DNA from: Alphaproteobacteria bacterium
GTDB taxonomy: Bacteria; Pseudomonadota; Alphaproteobacteria; Rs-D84
Assembly (NCBI GenBank): GCA_017409215.1
Contig: JAFQTD010000029.1
Span: 64,106 to 128,105, forward strand
Length of the DNA stretch: 64,000 nt
Reading direction: 5' to 3'
Part shown: piece by piece, positions 26,709-34,701 of the stretch
Position numbering within the stretch: position 1 is the first letter of the stretch
Layout of the letters: every line of letters starts with the position of its first letter
Notes under the pieces: model-generated
Seen by the model: only the letters and a program-made list of their open reading frames with translations
The model's database searches: none
What the model was told of the DNA's origin: nothing
Program-made: the position numbers and the translations under genes

Positions 26709-28541
26709 TTATTCTTCGACGTTTTTGCGTGTCTTTTTGCGAATGTTGCTGTCCAGTTCTTTCTTGCGCAGGCGAATAGTGTCTGGTGTAATTTCAACCA
26801 ATTCGTCATCAAGAATATAAGACAGTGCTTCTTCCAAAGATATGCGACGTGGTGGGGCCAAGAATAACTTTTCGTCTGCAGTGACAGAACGCATATTGGT
26901 TAATTCTTTGCCTTTGATTGGGTTTACTTCCAAATCGTTTTCTTTGCTGTGTTCGCCAATAATCATTCCAGAATATACTTCGGTCTGGGGGTCGATGAAT
27001 AATGTACCGCGTGGTTGTAGGTTGAACAGTGCGTATGTTGCGGCACTGCCTTTCTCCATCGATACCAGAACACCAGGACGGTATTGTTGAATTGCGCCAC
27101 GATATGTATCGTATTTATCAAATACGCGGTTCATAATACCTGTGCCACGCGTATCTGTGCGAAATTCCGATAGGTACCCAATCAAACCACGTGATGGTGC
27201 AGAAAATACAATGCGGGTCTTGCCGTTGCCAGATGCCTTCATTTCAGTGATTGTGGCCTTGCGCTTGGTCATTTTTTCGATAACAACACCGCTAAATTCG
27301 TCGTCTACGTCAATAACAACGTCTTCGATTGGTTCCAGTTTTTCGCCATTTGGACCATCGTGCATTACAACACGTGGGCGACTGACACTAAGTTCAAAGC
27401 CTTCGCGACGCATTGTTTCAATTAAAATACCCAGTTGCAATTCACCACGACCAGATACTTCAAAGGCTTCGTTGTTTTCGCTTTGTTCAACTTTTAGGGC
27501 GATGTTTGTTTCAGCTTCTTTGAATAGGCGTTCGCCAATCATACGCGATGTTAATTTCTTGCCAGATTTACCAGCCAAAGGTGATGTATTCACAAAGAAT
27601 GTCATCGTTAGGGTTGGTGGGTCAATCGGCATTGCAGGTATTGGTTCGGTGACGGATGGGTCACAAAGAGTGTCCGCCACAGTTGCCTTGGAAAATCCGG
27701 CAACGACAACTATGTCCCCAGCAGATGCGGAATCACGAGAAATTTTTTCCACACCGCGATGTTCGATAATCTTGGTGATTTTTGCGTTTTCAATAAATTC
27801 ACCGTTGCGATTGATTGCCTTGACGGATTGTCCAACGCGAACGGTTCCTGATTCAATTTTACCTGTCAGAATACGACCGACATAGGGGTCAGCCTCTAAT
27901 GTGGTGGCCAACATTGTAAATGGCGCATCCAATTGACAGCGTGCGCCGTTGCAATCAGGGGCAGGGACATGGTCCACAATTAATTGGAACAGGGGGGTTA
28001 AATCCTTGCGTTCGTCATTTAAATCGCGTACAGCCCAACCGTCACGTCCAACCGAATATAGGTATGGAAAGTCAAGTTGTGAATCTGTTGCACCCAGTTT
28101 ATCAAATAAATCAAATGTTTCAGATAATACTTCATCAGGACGTGCATCACCGCGGTCAACCTTGTTAATGCAAACGATTGGACGAAGCCCCAATTTTAAT
28201 GCCTTGGACAGTACAAATTTGGTTTGGGGCAGTGGGCCTTCGGCGCTGTCAACCAATAATACAACACCGTCAACCATTGACAGAATACGTTCAACTTCGC
28301 CACCAAAGTCTGCGTGCCCAGGGGTGTCAACAATGTTAATCTTGTATTCGCCCCATTGTATTGATGTTGGCTTTGCCGAAATAGTAATGCCGCGTTCGCG
28401 TTCGATGTCGCCACTGTCCATTACGCGGTCGTCAATGCGTTCGTTGTCGCGAAATGTGCCAGCCTGTTTTAACATATTGTCAACCAATGTGGTCTTGCCA
28501 TGGTCAACGTGCGCAATAATTGCAATGTTGCGAATTTTCAT
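26709..28541 (-). CDS. typA: translational GTPase TypA/BipA
   Basis: MKIRNIAIIAHVDHGKTTLVD and DTPGHADFGGEVER in a protein of about 610 aa. The ATG at 28541 is chosen over the upstream ORF-track start. Confidence 0.9.
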   Translation of the reverse strand: MKIRNIAIIAHVDHGKTTLVDNMLKQAGTFRDNERIDDRVMDSGDIERERGITISAKPTSIQWGEYKINIVDTPGHADFGGEVERILSMVDGVVLLVDSAEGPLPQTKFVLSKALKLGLRPIVCINKVDRGDARPDEVLSETFDLFDKLGATDSQLDFPYLYSVGRDGWAVRDLNDERKDLTPLFQLIVDHVPAPDCNGARCQLDAPFTMLATTLEADPYVGRILTGKIESGTVRVGQSVKAINRNGEFIENAKITKIIEHRGVEKISRDSASAGDIVVVAGFSKATVADTLCDPSVTEPIPAMPIDPPTLTMTFFVNTSPLAGKSGKKLTSRMIGERLFKEAETNIALKVEQSENNEAFEVSGRGELQLGILIETMRREGFELSVSRPRVVMHDGPNGEKLEPIEDVVIDVDDEFSGVVIEKMTKRKATITEMKASGNGKTRIVFSAPSRGLIGYLSEFRTDTRGTGIMNRVFDKYDTYRGAIQQYRPGVLVSMEKGSAATYALFNLQPRGTLFIDPQTEVYSGMIIGEHSKENDLEVNPIKGKELTNMRSVTADEKLFLAPPRRISLEEALSYILDDELVEITPDTIRLRKKELDSNIRKKTRKNVEE

Positions 28542-28690
28542 AATTCTTTGCCTTATGTTTTTGTTAATCGGGTACAGGGTATAACTAAAAATAAAAAAAT
28601 TCAACTTTTTTATACGATTACTTGACATTTTATCAAGTTTGTCTATATTTGTTGGTGTGAGTGTAGTGTAAAAGAACCAAAGGAGTTGGA

Positions 28691-29212
28691 ATGATGCATA
28701 AGATACTTAAGGAACAAGATGTTTTTGAAGCGGTTAAAATAGGGTTGGACAATTTAACGGGTTTGGCACGTGCGCGCCTGAAAGCGCGTTGGAAAACAAT
28801 GAATTTTAAAGAAAAACGTGCGGCTGCGCGTGCGTTGGTTTATATGCAACAGGTTGCAAAAAATCCAGATGCCTATTTTTCGCGTGGGGCAACAGAATTG
28901 GCGTGGCGTCAGCGTGCAACGGAATATGCAAAAGAGAAAAAATTAGCTGATTTTCGTATGGCGTATTATGTTGTACAATGTCCAACGGGTGTTGTTTGGC
29001 AAAATGCGATGCCTGCGTTTTTTGATGCAAATGGTCGCAGTTATTATAATTTCTGTAAAAGTGTACAGTACTGGATGTATAATATGCACAATAATAGATA
29101 TGCACAGCAAATTGTTGAAGATGCAAATAAATATAAAAAAGAAAATGCGATTGAATCAGCAAATTGTTTTATGCGCCCGATTGTTGCATTTGGACAAAAT
29201 TTTCAAAGATAA
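28691..29212 (+). CDS. hypothetical protein (173 aa)
   Basis: Intact ORF with gene-like composition, followed by a strong terminator. No recognisable motif. Confidence 0.45.
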   Translation: MMHKILKEQDVFEAVKIGLDNLTGLARARLKARWKTMNFKEKRAAARALVYMQQVAKNPDAYFSRGATELAWRQRATEYAKEKKLADFRMAYYVVQCPTGVVWQNAMPAFFDANGRSYYNFCKSVQYWMYNMHNNRYAQQIVEDANKYKKENAIESANCFMRPIVAFGQNFQR

Positions 29213-29213
29213 T

Positions 29214-29242
29214 AAAAAAAACTCCCTGAACGGGAGTTTTTT
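29214..29242. terminator. bidirectional terminator between the convergent 28691 gene and serS
   Basis: AAAAAAAACTCCC-TGAAC-GGGAGTTTTTT. Confidence 0.8.
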
Positions 29243-29247
29243 ATTAG

Positions 29248-30531
29248 TTAGCCATTATGTTTACCACCGATTTTTGTGCGGCCACCCATCAGTGGTTGCA
29301 AACATTTTGGAATGTTGACTGAACCGTCAGGGTTTTGATGATTTTCAATAATCGGAACAATTGCGCGTGGCAGTGCAATGCCTGTGTTGTTTAAAGTCGC
29401 ACAGAATTGCATATCGCCATTTTTATCGCGGAAACGCGTGTTTGTGCGGCGGGCCTGAAATTGTCCAATCGAAGAGCAAGAGCCAAGTTCGCGATATGTG
29501 TTTTCGCTGGGGAACCAGGCTTCGACATCGTGCATTTTTACCTTGTTAAATCCCATATCGCCTGTGCAGGCTGCGATTACGCGATAGGGTAATTCAAAGT
29601 CTGACATTATTTCACACAGGTTGTTTAATAACATTTCGTGCATTTCATCTGATTGTTCGGGGGTGCAATATACATATTGTTCAACCTTGTTAAATTGATG
29701 TATACGCACGATTCCGCGGGTGTCACGACCGGCCGCGCCTGCTTCTTTACGAAAGCAGGGGGAATAACCCGCGTACATAATAGGCAGGTCTTTTTCATTT
29801 AGAACTTCATCACTGTGCAACGAATTTAGTACAATTTCTGCGGTGCCCGTCAGACAACGGTCTGTGTCTGATAACATAAATACATCGTTGTTCATTACAG
29901 ACAGGTCAGACCCCATAAAGTGTCCTGCATCAAATATTGTTTGGGGCTTGGTAATTGATGGACAGTTTACAAAGGTAAAGCCCTTGGCAATTAGTTTTTG
30001 TATTACGTATGTTTGTATTGCAAGTTCAAGTTCGGCAGCCTCGCCAAATAATGCGTATGTACGTGTGCCGCAAATGGAAGCGATTTTTTCAGGTCGCCAC
30101 CAGCCATTCATTTCCAACAAATCCCATTGGGCGCGTGGCGTAAAGTCGAATTCACGTGGGGTGCCGATACGTCGAACCTCTTTATTTTCTGTGTCGTCGC
30201 GACCAATCGGTGAATCTGCAGATGGTATTTGTGGTACGCGGTGCAACAAATCGTTTAATGCAGATTCTTTGTCGGCAAGTTCCGCCATATCCGATGCGAT
30301 TTCTGCGTTGATTTCTTTGCTGCGCGCAATAAGTGGCGCCTTGTCCGCGGCGGTTGGTATTTCACGTGTGATTTTGTTCTTTTCGGCTGTTTTGCTTTGG
30401 GTTATTGTTTTTAATTCACGAACACGTTTGTCAAGCAACAGTATTTCGTCTGTATAATCTGTAAAGCCTTTTAATTCACAAGCGTGTTTTATTGTGTCTG
30501 GGTTTTCACGAATAAATTTAATGTCTAGCAT
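29248..30531 (-). CDS. serS: seryl-tRNA synthetase
   Basis: MLDIKFIRENPD N-terminal coiled-coil arm and class II motifs (FRKEAGAAGRDTRGIVRIHQFNKVE, TLNNTGIALPR). Confidence 0.95.
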   Translation of the reverse strand: MLDIKFIRENPDTIKHACELKGFTDYTDEILLLDKRVRELKTITQSKTAEKNKITREIPTAADKAPLIARSKEINAEIASDMAELADKESALNDLLHRVPQIPSADSPIGRDDTENKEVRRIGTPREFDFTPRAQWDLLEMNGWWRPEKIASICGTRTYALFGEAAELELAIQTYVIQKLIAKGFTFVNCPSITKPQTIFDAGHFMGSDLSVMNNDVFMLSDTDRCLTGTAEIVLNSLHSDEVLNEKDLPIMYAGYSPCFRKEAGAAGRDTRGIVRIHQFNKVEQYVYCTPEQSDEMHEMLLNNLCEIMSDFELPYRVIAACTGDMGFNKVKMHDVEAWFPSENTYRELGSCSSIGQFQARRTNTRFRDKNGDMQFCATLNNTGIALPRAIVPIIENHQNPDGSVNIPKCLQPLMGGRTKIGGKHNG

Positions 30532-30784
30532 TTTAATAAATCCTTGGTTCGTTTGTTGGTATTATAGTTGTTTGTTATGCTTTGTAAAGTTTTATGCGTA
30601 TGAATATTAGTCCCCAAATGGGGATGAAAACAGACAACTAAAAGATAAAAATGTTATATTCATAATGAGATTATTATAATTTACTTTGTATGATTATACA
30701 ATATTTTTTTGTGATTATTTTGTTTGCAGGATTAATTGCGGTATGTTATGCTGTGTGGCGAAAATATAAAAGGAAGGTTATCAA

Positions 30785-31687
30785 ATGTATGATGTTATTA
30801 TTTTGGGTTCTGGACCGGCGGGCTTGACCGCGGCATTGTATACAGCGCGTGCAAATAAAAAGACAGTTGTTTTGGGTGGTGATAGACTGGGGGGACAAAT
30901 GGCGGGTATCGCGACCCTGGAAAATTATCCAGGATGGCGTGGCAGTGGCGCAGAATTGGCCGAGTTTATGAAAAATCAGGCGGAAACTTTTGGTGCACAG
31001 GTTGATTTTGTTAGTGCAAAAAGTATTTCGGGAAATGCAGAAAATGGTTTTGTTGTTGCCTGTGATAATGGTAAAGAATACAGTGGTAAAACGATTGTAA
31101 TTGCAACGGGTGCCAGCCCAAGAAAACTGGAAATTGATGGGGCACGTGAATTTATGGGACGTGGTGTGTCGTATTGCGCAACATGTGATGGATTCTTTTA
31201 TAGCGGTAAAACAGTAATTGTGTTGGGCGGTGGAAATAGTGCAATGAATGATGCGCTGTATTTGGCGGACTTGGCAAAAGAAGTTATAATTGTTTACAGA
31301 AAAAGTGCCTTTACGCGTGCAGAGGCAGTATTGCGTGAACGGGTCGAACAACGCGATAATATAAAATGTATGTTTAATACAGATTTGAAAAAGATAGAGG
31401 CAAAACCAGATTCAAATGATGGCGAATTATTGATTACAACAACTGATGATAATCAAATTGTTGCAGATGGGGTCTTTGTTGCAATTGGGCACGAGGCTAA
31501 TACAGACTATCTGACCGAGGATATAAAACGTGATGCAATGGGACGTTTGGCACCATGTGAATTGCCGTCTGGTATGTTCGTGGCGGGTGATGTTTATTCA
31601 AATATAAAAATGCAGATTGCAACAGCCGTTGGTACAGGATGCGAGGCAGGGATGGATGTAGTCGCGTTCTTGAACAAAATGTCATAA
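30785..31687 (+). CDS. trxB: thioredoxin-disulfide reductase
   Basis: DVIILGSGPAGLTAALYTARA FAD motif, the CATCDG redox centre and the GGGNSA NADPH motif. Confidence 0.9.
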   Translation: MYDVIILGSGPAGLTAALYTARANKKTVVLGGDRLGGQMAGIATLENYPGWRGSGAELAEFMKNQAETFGAQVDFVSAKSISGNAENGFVVACDNGKEYSGKTIVIATGASPRKLEIDGAREFMGRGVSYCATCDGFFYSGKTVIVLGGGNSAMNDALYLADLAKEVIIVYRKSAFTRAEAVLRERVEQRDNIKCMFNTDLKKIEAKPDSNDGELLITTTDDNQIVADGVFVAIGHEANTDYLTEDIKRDAMGRLAPCELPSGMFVAGDVYSNIKMQIATAVGTGCEAGMDVVAFLNKMS

Positions 31688-31932
31688 TTAAAAAATAGGA
31701 ATATAAACATATTTCTTTTTAGTTTAGGCTGATATATAATCCTAGGCGTATCGAGGATTTTCGGTACGTCTGGGTGTTTCTTGATTTTGTGTGCTTTCAA
31801 GAAGGATTACACCAAATTTTAAGCGGTCGAAGAATCTGTAAGTGATTTATGTTTGTACATTATGTCATTTGATTTTTGGAGTCTTTGGCTATCGAACGTT
31901 TTACAGACTAAATATTAACATAGGAGAGAATC

Positions 31933-32205
31933 GTGTCGATTGATAAAACAAAAATGGAACATGAATTTATTATTCCTGAAGGGGAACAAGAAATTTATGA
32001 GATTATAGGAAATACAATACGTGATGCACGTGAAGCGCGTAATTTGACACAGCAAGAAGTTGCAGATATGCTGGGGATTGGTGTGGAAGTGCTGGATGCG
32101 TACGAAAATGCTGAGATTGCAGTGCCTGTATATCACTTTTTGGAAATAGCAAAATATATGAAATGGCCACCAGAATTTGATGAAATGCAAAAGAAAATTG
32201 CTTAA
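31933..32205 (+). CDS. XRE-family helix-turn-helix protein
   Basis: IRDAREARNLTQQEVADMLGIGVEVLDAYENAE is a typical HTH_3 pattern. The GTG start lies 5 nt after AGGAGA. Confidence 0.6.
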   Translation: MSIDKTKMEHEFIIPEGEQEIYEIIGNTIRDAREARNLTQQEVADMLGIGVEVLDAYENAEIAVPVYHFLEIAKYMKWPPEFDEMQKKIA

Positions 32206-32237
32206 ATGATTTATTGTTTTGTTTTATAATATCTTAT

Positions 32238-32258
32238 ACCCCGTAAATGCGGGGTTTT
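32238..32258 (+). terminator. Rho-independent terminator
   Basis: ACCCCG-TAAATG-CGGGGT followed by TTT. Confidence 0.7.
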
Positions 32259-32478
32259 CTATTGAAATTTGTTTTTTTATGTTGTATCATATCTTGCGAT
32301 TTGGTGCGCAGGTGTTGATGTGACTGACAACCACGTAGTTTGCGCGCTAAGGAAAAAGTTATAAATCAGGGTGGCACCGCGCATAACAAAGATTTTGCGC
32401 CCCTGAAAATTTAATGTTATAACAGGGTGCCTGAAAATATTCTGTTTTCTTTGCACCCATGAACAAAAAGGGTCCAAA

Positions 32479-34248
32479 ATGTTATCTTTGAAATCGAAAT
32501 TCAGAACACATACTTGTGGTGAATTGAATGCAAATAATGTCGGTGAAACAGTTGTCCTGTCTGGTTGGGTTCATCGTAAACGTGACCATGGTGCGTTGTT
32601 GTTTGTTGACCTGCGCGATAATTATGGTATTACACAGATTGTTTTTGATGGGGGGGATGAAAATCTGGAAAAGGTCAGACCGGAATCTGTTATAAAAATC
32701 ACAGGTAAGGTTGTCGCACGTGATGCCACAGCGGTGAATGATAAAATCCCAACAGGGGCAATCGAAATTCAGGCTGAAAATTTTGAAGTCTTGACTAATT
32801 CAGAAGTGTTGCCGTTTCAAGTCTTTGGCGAGGAAGAGGTTAATGAAGAACTGCGTTATAAATACCGTTTCTTGGATTTGCGTCGTGAAAAATTGCATAA
32901 TACAATATTAACACGCAATAAGATGATGAAGTGGTTGCGTGATAAAATGTGGGATTTGGGATTCTCGGAATTTCAAACACCAATTTTGACCGCGTCTAGT
33001 CCAGAAGGGGCACGTGATTTCTTGGTCCCCAGCAGGTTGCATCATGGTAAATTCTATGCATTGCCACAGGCACCACAGATGTTCAAGCAATTGTTGCAGG
33101 TTTCTGGGTTTGATAGATATTTTCAAATTGCGCCTTGTTTCCGCGATGAAGATTTGCGCGCAGATAGATTGTTGGAATTTTATCAATTGGATATGGAAAT
33201 GTCTTTTGTTGATTTGCCAGATATTCAGGCTGTTGGTGATGCAATTATGCCAGACTTGGTGCGTGAATTTGCGCCCGGTGCAAATGTTTATCCAGAAATT
33301 CCACATATTACGTATGATGATGCGATGTTAAAATATGGGTCTGATAAACCAGATTTGCGTAATCCAATCCTTATCAGCGATGTGACAGATGTGTTCCGCG
33401 GGTCTGATTTTGGTATATTCGCAAACGCAATTGAAAATGGTGCGGTTGTTCGTGCAATCCCTGCGCCAAATTCGTCGGATAAACCACGTTCTTGGTTTGA
33501 TAAATTAAGTGAGTATGCAGTTAAAGAATTGGGGCTTGGTGGATTGGCTTATATTGTCTTTGCAGAAGAGGCAAAGGGCCCTGTGTCAAAGAAGTTAGAT
33601 GCAGAACGTATCGCAAAATTGCGTGAAATTGCCGGTGATAATTCTTCGTTGTTCTTTGTTTGTGATACAGAAGATGCCGCAGCCAAGGCCGCAGGAAAAT
33701 TGCGTAATAAGCTGGGGGATGATTTGGGATTGGTTAATAAACGTGACTTTGCATTTTGTTGGGTCGAAGCATTTCCATTCTTTGAACCAGACGAAGAACG
33801 TGATGGGGCACCAAAGTTTACACATAATCCGTTCTCGTTCCCGATGGCAACATTGGAAGAATTAAATACAAAAAATCCATTCGAAATCAAGGCGGCTCAG
33901 TTCGATATGGTGTTGAATGGATTGGAAATCTGCAGTGGTGGATTGCGTAATTATAATCCTGATATTATGAAACGCTGTTTTGAAATTGCGGGTTATCCAA
34001 TCGAGGCAGTTGAACAGAACTTTAGCGGATTGTATACTGCATTCCAATATGGTGCGCCACCACATGGTGGGTGTGCGTTCGGTATAGACCGTTTGGTTTC
34101 TGAAATTACTGGATTTGGCGATAGTGTGCGCGAGGTTGTCGCATTCCCAGCCAATCAGCGTGGACAAGACTTGTTGATGGGCAGTCCAAATGAAGTGACT
34201 GAACAGCAACTGCGTGATGTGCATATCCAGGTTAGAAAAAAGAACTGA
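32479..34248 (+). CDS. aspS: aspartyl-tRNA synthetase
   Basis: RTHTCGEL...GWVHRKRDHGALLFVDLRD, FYQIAPCFRDED and GGCAFGIDRL class II motifs. Bacterial-type length of 589 aa. Confidence 0.95.
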   Translation: MLSLKSKFRTHTCGELNANNVGETVVLSGWVHRKRDHGALLFVDLRDNYGITQIVFDGGDENLEKVRPESVIKITGKVVARDATAVNDKIPTGAIEIQAENFEVLTNSEVLPFQVFGEEEVNEELRYKYRFLDLRREKLHNTILTRNKMMKWLRDKMWDLGFSEFQTPILTASSPEGARDFLVPSRLHHGKFYALPQAPQMFKQLLQVSGFDRYFQIAPCFRDEDLRADRLLEFYQLDMEMSFVDLPDIQAVGDAIMPDLVREFAPGANVYPEIPHITYDDAMLKYGSDKPDLRNPILISDVTDVFRGSDFGIFANAIENGAVVRAIPAPNSSDKPRSWFDKLSEYAVKELGLGGLAYIVFAEEAKGPVSKKLDAERIAKLREIAGDNSSLFFVCDTEDAAAKAAGKLRNKLGDDLGLVNKRDFAFCWVEAFPFFEPDEERDGAPKFTHNPFSFPMATLEELNTKNPFEIKAAQFDMVLNGLEICSGGLRNYNPDIMKRCFEIAGYPIEAVEQNFSGLYTAFQYGAPPHGGCAFGIDRLVSEITGFGDSVREVVAFPANQRGQDLLMGSPNEVTEQQLRDVHIQVRKKN

Positions 34249-34253
34249 TATAA

Positions 34254-34280
34254 AGCGCCCTGAAATAGGGCGCTGTTTTT
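34254..34280 (+). terminator. Rho-independent terminator of aspS
   Basis: AGCGCCC-TGAAATA-GGGCGCT followed by GTTTTT. Confidence 0.8.
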
Positions 34281-34350
34281 ATGATTTCATACCTGTTGGC
34301 AAAAATGTTCGTGTGAATATAATTTCTGTGACGAAATAAGAGAAGAAATT

Positions 34351-34701
34351 ATGAATGAACAAGTAAAATTATTGGCACGTTATTTGAATCTGAATGATTA
34401 TCAAGCACGTAAATTATTGTCTAATTATGATAGGTATGATATCGCAGGAATACAAAAACGTGGTGGTGTATTGTATGCACCATACGCAACGCGTGGAATA
34501 AAAAGTTGCTTGTATGCGTTGCTGTTTGGGGCGCGGGCGGATTTAATCGGGCAAAATAAAGTGTTGCTGCAGGCACAAAGAAATATAAAATTCTGCGAGA
34601 ATGGATTTCATTGTGTGCGTGTCGGTCGGTATACTTATTATGCTGATGCCACAGGACATGTTATTTCAAAGGAAGAATTTTTAAACGCAGTTAAAAATTA
34701 A
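34351..34701 (+). CDS. hypothetical protein (116 aa)
   Basis: Intact ORF whose end overlaps the convergent AsmA-like gene by 4 nt. No recognisable motif. Confidence 0.4.
   Translation: MNEQVKLLARYLNLNDYQARKLLSNYDRYDIAGIQKRGGVLYAPYATRGIKSCLYALLFGARADLIGQNKVLLQAQRNIKFCENGFHCVRVGRYTYYADATGHVISKEEFLNAVKN

Noticed and set aside
27142-28584. Plus-strand ORFs of 247 aa and 211 aa overlapping typA.
   Set aside because: They are antisense to a highly conserved GTPase gene. Their Ser/Pro/Arg-rich translations have no motifs.
29843-30457. 204-aa plus-strand ORF overlapping serS.
   Set aside because: It is a shadow ORF antisense to serS, with a Ser-rich low-complexity translation.
30746-31351. 201-aa minus-strand ORF overlapping trxB.
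   Set aside because: It is antisense to a gene with clear FAD, NADPH and CATC motifs. Its translation is Cys/Thr/Phe-rich and has no recognisable domain.
32277-32477. 66-aa minus-strand ORF upstream of aspS.
   Set aside because: It has no RBS and no recognisable features. The region is better explained by its extensive RNA-like complementarity, which is reported as a finding.
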